Source: Vairimorpha necatrix (lineage: Eukaryota). From it: DNA of 64,000 bases. Location of the stretch: assembly GCA_036630325.1 (NCBI GenBank), contig CP142737.1, positions 310,001 through 374,000 on the forward strand. The letters are read 5' to 3'. This document shows, piece by piece, positions 36,992-49,480 of this stretch. Below the pieces are notes generated by a model, which was given only the letters and a program-made list of their open reading frames with translations, was not told the DNA's origin and made no database searches. How positions within the stretch are numbered: the first letter of the stretch is position 1; the number at the start of each line of letters is the position of its first letter. Both the position numbers and the translations under genes were made by a program.

Positions 36992-38146
36992 ATGGACAAA
37001 GACACATTTCAAAACATCACGCCATGGGAAGCACAAGTTAATACTGACAATAAAACAGTATCAATAAATTATAATAAAATTATCTCACAATTTGGTTGTA
37101 AATCTTATACAAAAGATTTAACAAGAAAATTAGAGGAATTTTCTAAATCTACAGCACATTTCTATTTTTCAAGGAACATTGTCTTCGCCCATAGGGATTT
37201 TGACATTTTACTTGAAAAAATGAAAAATAAAAAAATTTATCTGTACACTGGCAGAGGACCAAGCAGTGAAAGTATGCATTTGGGACATGTCATACCTTTC
37301 CAACTGTGCAAATATTTCCAAGATACGTTTAAATGTCCTCTAGTAATACAATTAACTGATGATGAAAAATTTTTATTTAAAAATCAATCTCTAGAAGAAT
37401 CTATGAAATATTGCAAAGAAAACATGAAAGACATAATTGCATTTGGATTTGATCCTGATTTGACTTATATTTTCAGTAATGTTGCGTCAGCACATTTATT
37501 TGAAAAAAACGTGTTAAAAATTTCTAAATCCATTACATTGAATGAAGCTTGTAAAGTATTCGGATTTGATATGAATTCCAATATTGGGATGATAAATTTC
37601 CCATCTAAAGAAATCGCGCCATGTTACGCGTCTTCTTTTGATTTTTTACAAAAAGGGTCAATGTGTCTGATACCATGTGCAGTTGATCAAGATCCATATT
37701 TTAGACTAGCGAGAGATAAAGCGAATATACTTAAAGAGCCCAAACCGACTACACTTTATGTTTCATTGTTACCAGATCTAAAAGGAGTCAATAAAAAGAT
37801 GTCTGCTAGCGACAACACTAGTTCGATATTTCTAACTGACACACCCGCCAAAATTGCCAAAAAAATAAAAAAATACGCTTACAGTGGCGGTAAAGAGACA
37901 TTAGAAGAGCACAGGTTATTAGGAGGAGACACTAGTATTGATATACCCTATCAATATCTTAGATATTTTCATACTGATAGTAGTGAATTAGAGAGGATAA
38001 AAGAAGAATATGAAAAAGGAAATATGTCTTCTGGAGAAATTAAGAATATTTGTATTGAAGTTATACAGAGATTTGTGAAAGAATATCAGGAAAGAAGGAA
38101 AAATGTGACAGATGAAGTTTTAGATAATTTTTGCAAAAAATTATAA
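36992..38146 (+). CDS. WRS1: Tryptophanyl-tRNA synthetase, cytoplasmic
   Basis: YLYTGRGPSS, HLGH, TDDEKFL, IPCAVDQDPYFR, KMSAS, KYAYSGG. Confidence 0.96.
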   Translation: MDKDTFQNITPWEAQVNTDNKTVSINYNKIISQFGCKSYTKDLTRKLEEFSKSTAHFYFSRNIVFAHRDFDILLEKMKNKKIYLYTGRGPSSESMHLGHVIPFQLCKYFQDTFKCPLVIQLTDDEKFLFKNQSLEESMKYCKENMKDIIAFGFDPDLTYIFSNVASAHLFEKNVLKISKSITLNEACKVFGFDMNSNIGMINFPSKEIAPCYASSFDFLQKGSMCLIPCAVDQDPYFRLARDKANILKEPKPTTLYVSLLPDLKGVNKKMSASDNTSSIFLTDTPAKIAKKIKKYAYSGGKETLEEHRLLGGDTSIDIPYQYLRYFHTDSSELERIKEEYEKGNMSSGEIKNICIEVIQRFVKEYQERRKNVTDEVLDNFCKKL

Positions 38147-38489
38147 AAAATATAAATTTTGATTTTTTTTTGCCCTTTTAAGTTCTTTTCAAAGTGAACA
38201 GTTTTATATTTTTCACTCGTTCCAAAGAACGATATCAATTTAAGAAGATTAAACTTAATTATCTTCTTAGTACATTTTTAAATAATTTTTATAACTCAAA
38301 AATACATTTTTTAACAAAGCAAAAAAAACCAAGGGAACGAGATTTTTTTTCAAATATAAAAAACATATTACAAATATTTACAGTAAAAATCTAAAACTTT
38401 TCAAATAAAAGTTAATTTTACAAATAAAAGTTAACCTTACAAATAAAAATATACTTAATATATTTTTTCATTTTTAAATAAATTATTTT

Positions 38490-39185
38490 TTAATTAGAAG
38501 TGTTCCCATCTGATACTTCTATAACCTTAATATTAAACAATTCACTCGGTTTGTCGCTCTTATTCTTATTCTCATCATCTTTCTTACTAAACTTTATAAC
38601 ATTCTTTACTATTACACTTATTTTATTAATAGAAGGTAAAAAATTATCAAGATCTTTACTAAACTTCTCTAAATCTTTAATTTCTTTCTCTGTAAATGAA
38701 ATGTTTACTGATTTAGGCTTAAAATCTTTAAGCAAGAAATCGGAAGTAGGTGTTTTATAAGTTGAATCCAAGGACAAAGTAGGCTTTATATCTTTTTTAG
38801 GCACATTCACTTCTGGTTTATGGGCTTCATTCTTTACTGCGAAATCGTATGGACTTATCTGGCCTTTATTAAGCTTGTCAATTTTAACAGCCTGTTTTTT
38901 TAGTTTCTGGTTTACAAGCGGTTTAAGTTTTTTTTCTTTTTTTTCAGTTCTGTTTTTTTCTTTTACTGGTTTTGACGACTTGTTTCTTTTGTCAGATATT
39001 TTAATAAATATTCCGTGGTCTTCTGAGCTTGAACTTGTTGAGTCTTCGATTTTGGTTGTAAGTTTTTCAGGAAGATTTTTTAGATTTTCATTTTTTGGTA
39101 CAACATCCTCGTCAACTTTGACAGTTCTTGAGAGTATTTGGACAGTAAATAAAGATATTATTAGTGTATTTACCAAATATTTCAT
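38490..39185 (-). CDS. Secreted lysine-rich hypothetical protein
   Basis: 231-aa ORF with signal-like MKYLVNTLIISLFTVQILS and a low-complexity K/E/S body. Confidence 0.7.
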   Translation of the reverse strand: MKYLVNTLIISLFTVQILSRTVKVDEDVVPKNENLKNLPEKLTTKIEDSTSSSSEDHGIFIKISDKRNKSSKPVKEKNRTEKKEKKLKPLVNQKLKKQAVKIDKLNKGQISPYDFAVKNEAHKPEVNVPKKDIKPTLSLDSTYKTPTSDFLLKDFKPKSVNISFTEKEIKDLEKFSKDLDNFLPSINKISVIVKNVIKFSKKDDENKNKSDKPSELFNIKVIEVSDGNTSN

Positions 39186-39841
39186 ATTGTTTTTTTATAA
39201 AAAAAAATTTTTATATTAAAATTTGAAACATGTTTCAAAGTGAAACACAACTGAGATTTTGAAATAATATAGAAGAAAAAAGACATTTTAAATGAGTTGT
39301 ATAATATATATAAGACATTTTAAATGAGTTTTATAATATATATAATTCATTTTGGTGTACATTGAAACATACAAAAACATTTGTTACACAAACTTAAAAT
39401 TGGAATTGTAGCTTAGATTTTTTTTTTAAGAGTCTGTATTAGACTAATATGTTATAAATTATTAGTGTATAAGTATTTTTTAGACAGTTTAGATATTACT
39501 AAATTATGTTTTTTTTATAAAGCTTTACTATTATAATATTTTTTATTATTGTCATATACAGCTTAATTATTGCTTTATTATTTTTTTTTTAAAGCTTAAT
39601 TATTGCTTTATTATGTTTTCCAATAAAGCTTAAAGCAAATATTATTCGTGGTTTTTATTAGCTCAAATCAATATAATAAGTTTTTTTATAAGTTCTAATA
39701 TATATAAAGTTTATGTTTTTTTTATAAGTTCTAATATACAAATATATTATGTTATTTATTATATATGACTCAAGTTATTTTATAAATGAATTGTGTTTGT
39801 CTATAAAGTTCAATATATGTTTTTTTTAGTAAATGCTTAGT

Positions 39842-41350
39842 TTATTTTTTAATAATGAGTTTATCGTAGATTCTGTAGGTTATGTAACAAGTCAACAAAG
39901 TCCCAATAATGTAACTATTTAATAGATAACTTATTATAAATATTATATAAATATACAATACCAGTATATAATTATTATCATTAATTTGTATCTTTTTTAT
40001 ACATTTATATCCTTTCATCATATCTTTCTTAGTCCCAATTCCCTGTGTATAGGCGAAGTATAAGCTAATTAAGCCTTCTGTATTGTTCAATGAACCAGAG
40101 GTCAAATAATAGGCATAGGCGGTCTTATGAGACTGCTTTACTCCCTTACCATAATAGTAACAGTCTCCTATACGATTAATATATGACAGAGAAGTCTTCT
40201 CATGTTTCAAATACAATTTAAATAATATTTTATCTAATAAATCTCTAATATTCTGATCTTTCGTCATTTTACAATTTTCTAATAAATATATCGCATTTTC
40301 TAGGCTTGAATTAGAGCCCATTTCTATTGTCATGAGTAGATACACGAGACAAGACATGTACTCTTTATTTTTATATTTTTCATACGCTTTATTCTGTAAA
40401 TTTATTACAGTCTCGTCATATTCTAATATTGCTTCAAATCTGATAAGTGCCGACCTGTAGTCTTTTTTCTTGTAGTAATTCTCGCCGTCTACAAAGATAG
40501 CAGGTAAATAGCCCAAGGAAACAGCCCTAGACAAATAATAAGAAGCAAGGGTATCCATCATGAAATGATTCTTACACAACAAATATAGTCTGAAATCTGA
40601 CTCATTGAAATTTATATCAGAAATAGCATCAAAATGCTCTTTAGCCCCAGAATAATCTTCATATTCACTAGACATTAGAATTTTCCCTATACCATTGTAA
40701 GAAATATAATCCGTGCCAAGATCTTTGCCCTTAATAAAATAATCAAGAGATTTATCTAATGATTTCTCAACTCCGACTCCATAAAAATACGCTTCTCCTA
40801 AGTAGCCAAAGGCCTTGGCTTGTCCCTTAGAAGCCAAATATTCAAGAATTGAAATTTGATCTTTAAGATCGATTTTCTTATTAGACAATAATTCAAAATA
40901 TAATTTTATACTCTTAAGATCACCACTTCTTGTCATAATAAAGAGATTTCTATAATCTTCTTCTTTATTTTTATAATAAACTTTTGGTATAAAATCATAT
41001 CCATTTTCTAAATATCGAAAATAACACTTTCTACAAATTTCTAATATCAAATTACAAATATTAGAATAAGATGAATACATCTCATTTGAACTTAATACAA
41101 GAGAAGAATAAACAAGTCTCATGTATTTATCAGTCATCAACAAATCCAGAATTTTATCATTTTCATTGAGAGTGGAGGATCCACTCTCTGGCATAAAATA
41201 TTTCTTAAGTATGTAAGAAATAAGAAAATCTTCATCACTTTGAAGGTTGTCTAACATATTCATTCCTTTGACGATATTTCCTTCTTTTAAGACTACTTCC
41301 TCAAGTGAAGAAGAAAATATTGAATTTAGAAAAATCAATAATATTTTCAT
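39842..41350 (-). CDS. HRD3: SEL1-repeat ERAD protein (Hrd3/SEL1L-like)
   Basis: Signal peptide MKILLIFLNSIFS; SEL1 repeats LGEAYFYGVGVEKS, IGDCYYYGKGVKQS, YTQGIGTKKD; C-terminal TM. Alternative ATG at 41365. Confidence 0.8.
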   Translation of the reverse strand: MKILLIFLNSIFSSSLEEVVLKEGNIVKGMNMLDNLQSDEDFLISYILKKYFMPESGSSTLNENDKILDLLMTDKYMRLVYSSLVLSSNEMYSSYSNICNLILEICRKCYFRYLENGYDFIPKVYYKNKEEDYRNLFIMTRSGDLKSIKLYFELLSNKKIDLKDQISILEYLASKGQAKAFGYLGEAYFYGVGVEKSLDKSLDYFIKGKDLGTDYISYNGIGKILMSSEYEDYSGAKEHFDAISDINFNESDFRLYLLCKNHFMMDTLASYYLSRAVSLGYLPAIFVDGENYYKKKDYRSALIRFEAILEYDETVINLQNKAYEKYKNKEYMSCLVYLLMTIEMGSNSSLENAIYLLENCKMTKDQNIRDLLDKILFKLYLKHEKTSLSYINRIGDCYYYGKGVKQSHKTAYAYYLTSGSLNNTEGLISLYFAYTQGIGTKKDMMKGYKCIKKIQINDNNYILVLYIYIIFIISYLLNSYIIGTLLTCYITYRIYDKLIIKK

Positions 41351-44300
41351 GCCCCTGTTTGGCATAAAATTTTTATTTTATTTATAGACAAAAAATTTGT
41401 TTGTTGGTTAAATTTACCATAAAAAGAAAAAAAAGAGCATAAAAATAAAAAAAAGCATAAAATAAAATTTATTAAAATTAAATTAAGATAATATTTAATA
41501 AAATTAAATTATATTTTAAATTATTTGTAAGGTGGAAATTATAATTACAAGCTTCAAATAATGTGGTTCAACTAATATTTTAAAAATTTGGAAAGTAAAA
41601 ACTTACAATTGAAGTAGTTGTTTATGGAATAAAAACATAAGACATGCAAATAAATCGAAGCTTTTTTATTTATAACTCTAAATTTAAATGGTTCGCGAGG
41701 CTTATTTCAAACGCGGGAGGAAAACTTGTTTTATTTAGAAAAAGAAGCATTGTTGGGTAATGAAAAACCATTTCCTTTGTAAATTTGTAATAAAAAGTGC
41801 TTTATTTAAATAGTGTGATAATTAAGAACTTCATTAACTGCAATAAACATTTAACAATTTACAAAATTGAACAAAGAATTAATTTCCAATGATATTTAGA
41901 ATTGGTATAACCAACCAGGATCAACTTACTATAGTCGAGAAAGAAAACATAAAGTTTATACAAATCCGAACTAGAATAGTTCTTTATTGATTACGTGAGA
42001 CGGGAAATTACTTTAATTTACAGAAAAGTATCGGGGAGCTGAAACTTCTTACTTTTTCGATGCATAAATTTCGTCTTTCGTACCATAAGACTTTTGTGTC
42101 TATTTCCTGGTCGAAGACGAGGATACGACCAGGAAATGAAGAATATCAAGTAGTGTATGAAAGTGCACAGTGCCGAGGAAACAGAGTGTGTAGAAAATCA
42201 AGGCCTAATAGTTCATAGTACCACAAAGCATTATTAATACTACAGAAATCATAAATGCGATGCGCAATATACTTATAAATGACGCAGAAAACATAAATGC
42301 TAATAACATCTAAAGTCAAGAAAAATCAACCCTGATACATTTTTATTTAAATCCTCAATTTATCCAACAAATTCTAAAAACTTAGAAATTAAGTAGACAG
42401 TTCATTACATGAAACGTTTTGTTTTGAAAAAAGTATAATTCATAAATTAAAACTACAAGTTTATTATAATTAAAAACGTAATTAAAAACTAGATTAATCT
42501 TAAGCCCGGCGGAAAAAGAGAAGTTCAATGGCTTTTTGTGTATTTATAAACTTCTTCTGCTCTGTAATCATCGGGAAGTCTAGTTTTTAAATTCTTTTAG
42601 ATGTTTCATGATTATAGTTCTTCGACCTTATACCGAATGGTTTTTAAGTCTATACCAATTAGTATAGGAATCTAGTGGAACCATAATCATAATAAAATAT
42701 ACACAATTGAAGTCTAAATATATAATATAGTCGATTGTTCTTACTAAAGTATGTCTGGTATGCAACTTTCTGCCTTTTAAAACATAAAACATTTTTGTAC
42801 TGTGACAAATACAGGTGCATACTGAATCGATGTATATTTTAAAGAATGTTGCATATGGAGACAGGACTATTGAGAGACCAAGAAAATACTTAAATTGACA
42901 GGAAACATGACAAGCCTGTAAGTACATCTATTCGACAATAAAAGATTTGACCCCAATGTGCGTCAGCAATTATATAAACAAATGCGCCCGAGAGGATGAA
43001 ACATAGGAAGATAATGGACTTGAAGGCTCGAAAATATCAGAATCTAATAAAACATTTATATTAAAAACAATTCTACGTCGACGGCTAGAAGGCAGCCACA
43101 TAAACGTATTGGTGAATTATAAATAAATTTTATAACAAATATATTTTAAATATAATTTTTCAGATAAATCACTTATATATTAATAATGTTTCAATAATGA
43201 CATAACGGGGGTTGTATTTACACATTTAGATCAATGTTTGTTACGAACTATTTTTATCAGGTAAGTATAATTTAGATCTACAACTATAATTAATCCATAT
43301 GACTAATTTTATAAGTATTAATAGTTTTGGAGACTTTGTGAGTCTTTTTACACTAGTGTAATATTAACATAAAAAAATTTAAAAGATTCATTAGTCTGCT
43401 TATATTTTTTAGTATACTGCAGCAAAACAAAATTTACAAAAAAAATGAATTTTAGACTGAACTGAATTTGTGTGAGGTGATTAGCTCTTCTAGATGCAAT
43501 GTCTTTAGCTTTGCACCTGATCCTAAAAGTTACAAGCATTAAAAATCTATATAAATAAAAAGCCGGGTTAAGTATTTAATATGAGTATTTTCACGACATG
43601 ATATTTTATTGGGAAGAATATTATATTCCCTGAAAACTTTTTTTTTGCTTATATAGATGAATGATGTGTTTAGCTTTCCAAATCAAAATATGAGACTGAA
43701 AGCTATGATTTGTACCCGCTATTTAACATATTCAAATTTTTTGTCCTTAAACATAAATTTATTTTATAGTGTCCATATTGACATGCTTTTAGAATTACAC
43801 CTTGAAGTATTCGAGTTAATTCCAGTAATGTTTTCAATTTTGTTCGGTGCGCATATTAATATAGAATCATAATTATAAGAAATAGAAAATTTTTTTTTAT
43901 AATCAGTAAGAGTTTACTGCTACTGACATCGCCAAAAAAATTTCTCAAACGCCTCAATTGGAATTAAAAAAATTCAGTATTTTATTTACGATATTAAGCT
44001 TACAAATTTATTATGGGATCGTTGTTTGTACCTCTGTTGCAACAAATCTGATTTTCAGATGAAATGTAATAATAAGTATTTATAGAAATTTTAGATATTT
44101 TAATAATATTATGAGTCTCTGAAGTAAATATTTGTCTTATTTATAATCATGTTCTTTCTTTGCAATACAACTTTATCAACGAAGATTTTGTTTCGATGCG
44201 ATTTGTCTTTAAAGAATAATGAAACAAAAGTTAATACCAACGAGACTAAATCTCATTATCAATGTTCAAATTTTCTTGCTGTCACTTTTAGAATGTATAG

Positions 44301-44423
44301 ATTAATTTTGAAGAAAAATTATTATTTACACTTTAAAACATTATTTTTATTAGTACTAAACTTATTTATTATTCAACCATGTGTTAAATATTTATTTTTT
44401 TATTTCAATAACAAAAATTACTA

Positions 44424-45152
44424 TTATTGATTTAATGAAAAAATGAAAGCGCTATAAATTGAGTTAATGATGGTCTCAATTTCCTTAATTAACTCACAAC
44501 TCGAAACAATTTGCTCTCTCCCTATCGAATCTATAATAGTTATATTTTTATAATCATGTCTTTCATCTAAAATATTGTCTGTAATTTCAGCATCAAATTC
44601 TTTGATTTTATTTTCATCATAAACCTGCAATACTGTTAATTTCATATCTTCATCTAGTATAACGTTTACGCATTTTTTAAATTTTTTTTTTCTATCCTCA
44701 TAATTAAATTTCTTAGATACCAAAACTAAGTTTTCAAGAATACCCAACATCTTCTTACTCTTGTTAGCAATATTTTCTGCTAGCATATATACCGCATCTT
44801 TTTTACCAAGGCAATTCTCTCTTAGATTGCGAATTTTTTTTGGTTCATTAAAAAAAAAGGATGTCAAGTCCTCCTTTTTTATCTCATAGTCCTCCCCCTT
44901 TACATGGGGCCAATTAGATTGCATTTTTATCGGAAATGTCATTTTGTCAAAGATACTTTCGAATACCATCTTTACTAGTATTTGTCCTATTTCTTTTGGA
45001 CCAAGTTTGGGCAGATTCAATAAGTCATTTACATAGTCTTGATTTAACTGTCGCTCTATATTACTTTCTTTAGTAGATATAATTTTATCGATTTCATTGT
45101 TAGCATATGATTTTTGTAAAAAATAGAAAAACAACAAAGATGTTAAAAACAT
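44424..45152 (-). CDS. Secreted lineage-specific family protein, member 1
   Basis: Signal peptide, CCCC before ATG, motif ESIFDKMTFPIKMQSNWP..DYEI shared with 52991-53692 and 57563-58264. Confidence 0.8.
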   Translation of the reverse strand: MFLTSLLFFYFLQKSYANNEIDKIISTKESNIERQLNQDYVNDLLNLPKLGPKEIGQILVKMVFESIFDKMTFPIKMQSNWPHVKGEDYEIKKEDLTSFFFNEPKKIRNLRENCLGKKDAVYMLAENIANKSKKMLGILENLVLVSKKFNYEDRKKKFKKCVNVILDEDMKLTVLQVYDENKIKEFDAEITDNILDERHDYKNITIIDSIGREQIVSSCELIKEIETIINSIYSAFIFSLNQ

Positions 45153-45426
45153 TTTATGGGGTTAACTAATTTTTTTTTATAGAACAAATATATTTGTTAA
45201 TTTACTAATTTTATGCAAAATTTTTATTTTCATGCCTTAACATGAAGTGCAGAAAGAGGAGCAGAATGAGTTAACATTTACTGTTTTTTTCTAATATTAA
45301 AAATTTTTTAAGTACTTATTTAGTTATAAATTAAATTTCAATCCGTGCTATTAATATCATTATTTACATTGTTTGTATATTAACCATTAGGGATTTAATT
45401 GAGGGGGACAAACAAAAAAAGGATGT

Positions 45427-45997
45427 GGGTACCAAACTATCCCCTTAGAGGGTGTTCACTTTTTTTTTCGAACCCTAAAAATTTAGTTTCCTAAATTTAG
45501 GAGCAGGAACGAGACAAAAATAACCTAACGCTTGTAACATTAAGTATAACAAAAAAAACTTATTACTATTTGAAATTTTTGATAGTAAATTATGTTATTA
45601 CTAAAAATAAAATTATTATGCAGATTTAGCCCCGTTAATTTTATTTATTTTTTTCAGTTGATTTATAATATTAGGTTTTTTTTTTTCATAAATTTTTTCT
45701 ACAATAGACAAACTGCTAAAAAGAGGGAACCAGTCAGATATATATTTATTAAACACATAATATACAATCCAAACAAGCTTTATTGTAAAAATCAAGATAT
45801 TAAATAAGCCGTATTTGCTTGAACTATATAGAAAAAAGAGTTTAGTCATTTAAAAATCAAATTTTATATGCGATATATATTTATTTGATGTTTTTATGTT
45901 TAAAAAGCAGTAATTTGAGGGTCACTGCTACTTTTCATTTTTTCGGTTTAAAAAATAAAGTGAACATCCTCTAAAGGTAAGTAATAGTTTGGTACTC
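45427..45997. mobile_element. MITE-like element with imperfect ~45-bp inverted ends
   Basis: Left GGGTACCAAACTATCCCCTTAGAGGGTGTTCACTTT vs reverse complement of right GAGTACCAAACTATTACTTACCTTTAGAGGATGTTCACTTT; AT-rich non-coding interior; exact ends and TSD unclear. Confidence 0.65.
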
Positions 45998-47217
45998 TTC
46001 CCCCACCCCGAGAAACCTTTTAAAGTAAACTTTATTAAAAATTAAATACCGACTGGATATTTATTTACTTTTACTATTTTTAAGAAATTTTTTTAATTTC
46101 TTACTTCCTCCCCTTTTACTGATTTTCAAATCTTCAAACCATTATTTTATGCTTATTATGTATTTATAATACCAAAAAGATTAAGCACCAATTTTATAAT
46201 TATAAGTGCGTTCACTATTTGTTAATACAGCTTATAATTTTATTTGTAAAACTTAGCAAAGTATATTTTCGGAAAACTTTTTGAGAATATAATTAACCTC
46301 CCCCCGAAAGAAAACAAATAACCAACTAAAATGCGCAAAAGAAAATGCTTAAAAGCAAATTAAAAAAGTTAAAACAATTTTAGTTCGATTATAAAAATCT
46401 TTATAACTTCCTTTTACTATTTATATGTTACTAAAAAGTTGTTCAAAAAACCACACCATCTCCTTTTAAAATTTTTGCTTCCCCAAAAATGAAAAAGGTA
46501 AATGTTAGAAAACAAATCTATGGAACATATCTTCAATGGTCCTGTGATTTTTTCGGAGAATGCTATTCTTTATTCTTTCCTTTTCCAATCAATGTTTTAA
46601 AGAAGAGGTACAATGTTTTTTCTCTGATAAACATAAAAGGAATATTAAATATTACAAATTTCTCCGTCTTTTTTGACAACTGAGGAATTGCAGTCAAACT
46701 AAATTCTAAATACTTGAAATTTTGTTATTTACATAATCTTTAACGTATATGTATATTTTAGGTCTAAAATCATAAAAATAGCTCTACAAATAATTACCAA
46801 ACAGAATTAAATTTTGTTCTTCGCTTATTATATTATTTAGTTAACAGTTTACTTATATTTTTTAATTTATAATTTATGGCAATATGCCAACTTTAGTCTT
46901 TTTTTGCTAAATTAGAAACCGTTGAGTGTGAAGATATTGATCATTCAAAAAAGCCATTGTTTCTTATACAAACATTATAACTCTCATATTTTAATTTTGG
47001 ATCAGTTAAATGATATAATTAAATCTATAATGTATTGAAACAACAGTAATAAAAATTAGAAAAATTTTCACAAGTACTAAATATATAAATAAATCTTAAA
47101 CTTAAATTACAATTATATTATTGTACTTATTTTCTTATGGAATCATTACCAAACAAAGTGTATGTACCAGCCCCATTGCCTAAAATTTGACATTGGTCGA
47201 TATGTTGAGATTTAGTC

Positions 47218-47304
47218 GGTATTTACACCGTTTTCGACATTTTTAAAAATGTTTATAGTATCTTTCGGGACCTCAGCAATTTCTCCTAACCCTCCAATGA
47301 CGCC
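47218..47304 (-). pseudogene. Internally deleted Merlin transposase relic
   Basis: GVIGGLGEIAEV (cf. TIGGVGCIVEID of the intact copy) followed closely by TINIFKNVENGVNT (cf. TVNHSQNFVDNITGAHT). Confidence 0.45.
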
Positions 47305-48809
47305 ATCAATATTATTGATAGTAATAAAATCTGAAAAAATGAAACTGACTCCTTTATATCGATATTAACATACTTATAAACAATTATTTTACATGGCCAA
47401 TATTAAATTTAGCAATATTTAAATTAATTCACATGAAAACTTGATATAGTTGTCATAGATTCATTGTCAGAAAATATAATACTCTATTTACCGCTTGCTC
47501 TTTACCAGTTTGTTTATTGTTCCAATTAGGTGCCTAAAAAATTGATACCTATTTAACGATTCGCGATTAATATTCTCTTTGTTTTTTCATTTTCTGTCCA
47601 TTAAAATAATATGAGTTTTTTACTTATAATGGAAGTTCAAATTTATTTAAAACAGTACTGGTAATTGTATTAATAATTTTCATTGCCTATTCAATGTTTT
47701 TTTTATTATGATAATAAAAAGGATTATAATACAATTACAACTGTTTACATCATCATGATTTTCGGTTGTGTTTCCAGAGATAGGTTTACTTAATGATCTT
47801 AAAATATTTAGAATGATTAGTATCGAAACAAAATACATCTTATGGGATTGTAGATAGTTTCATATTATAAAAAAAATAATTTTCAATTTATTGATTTAAA
47901 CAAATTTCAAGCTAAAATATTACAAATGTGACTTTAATTTTAAATATCTAATTTGTAAAATACAATTTTTAATTGATTTAGATTGAAACAAAAAAAATAA
48001 AGAGCCGAAAGAATTATATTATTATTGCATTTACGATATTAAATCTTTAACTAAAAGCTTCTAAATATACAATACAAATTAACAGTGATTGCCAAGCAAA
48101 AAAATTTATGTCACTGAAATTAAATTAATGTCATCTATTATTAATTTAATCACTTGTGTTTCTTTAATAATGTTTTCTCATTTAACGATTTGATATGGAT
48201 CTCAATTCAAGCTTTTTGGAAAAAATTTGTTTGGTGTTATTTATATTATTTTAATAATGATAATGCAACCATTTATGTATGAGGTGAATAAAACTTTTTT
48301 GTTTAAGATCTTATAGCCCTAGGTTTAACATTGATATTTAAGGTTTTTTAAAATCAAATTGTTATGAATTATGTTTTAATCAAAAAATTAGATTTTGCAA
48401 TATTTTAAAATGTATATTTTATAATAATCAGAAAAAACAAATCGTAATTGGAAGAATACACATAATACACAGTGCGAGGGTTGTTGCACTCACCACACAC
48501 AGACTTAACAGTGCAAAACTTTTATAACAAAAAAAACCAAATTTGGCGTTAGGCTAAGCCCGGACCTTCCCCATTTTTTTAGGTACTAAATCTGAGCTCA
48601 GACTGTAAGGTGGAGAATATTTTTTACAGATCATATACCCAGAGGTCGAAATTTCACAGATTTGTTGAATTTCATTCGAATTAACTTTTTTTAAGTTATA
48701 AACTTTGTTTGTTTTTTAGATGATTTTTTCAAATATATTTTACCCTTATGGTATGTCTGGAGCCGCTAGACAGTGAATCAAAAATCTTTCAAGGCCCACT
48801 TGAGGCAAT

Positions 48810-49480
48810 ATGTTGGTCAGTAAACAAAAATCTACTAAAACCCCCATAGAACGGACGTGTTGTCCTGAGATAATAATAATATTTAAAGACGATTCGTACA
48901 TAGACTGCCATGGATTAAGTGTAGGAGAAAGACGGGACGTGAACATCAATCAGAAATTTAATAAAACTTCATTTCTACACCCAGAATACCTATACATTAT
49001 TTTTTATATATTCTGTGTTCTTTTTCTGGAAAACAAGCCCAAACTAAACCTAAACAAAAAATCCCCTTGTCAGTTTATATGTCTTCGGGGCCAAAAAAAT
49101 TTATGAAGCTCTGAAAAAGGATAATTTTAAGCACTAAAAAATAGGATTTTTGAAGAGACATATTCTAACGAAATGGCCATGATAAAAGGAATAATTCTTA
49201 AATCGCCATCGGAAAGAGGTGATACAGCTAATTGTGTTCTGTGGTAGCCAATAGAGGGAAAACATTGAATTGAGAATGGATATAGTACCCAACTGAACTA
49301 TACAGACTATGAAACGGTTTTAAAAAATACATAAAAAACGAACGATTTGCATAAAATATGGGAAATATTCATCAACAGCGAACGGCGTCTTGTAATTCTG
49401 AAGAAGGCTTTATAAACGAAGCAAGAGAGACTACAAGTCCAACAGAAGTAGTCTGGTAACATCTTAAATGTGATATATTA
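48810..49480 (+). pseudogene. Decayed Merlin transposase relic
   Basis: IVPN*TIQTMK at 49282 (cf. IVENRTRATL) and NSEEGFINEARETTSPTEVVW*HLK at 49394 (cf. NHSQNFVDNITGAHTQTIEGMWSVIK). Confidence 0.55.

Noticed and set aside
39280-39343. 32-bp tandem duplication and nearby short duplications
   Set aside because: Ordinary slippage repeats in AT-rich intergenic DNA; no evidence of function.
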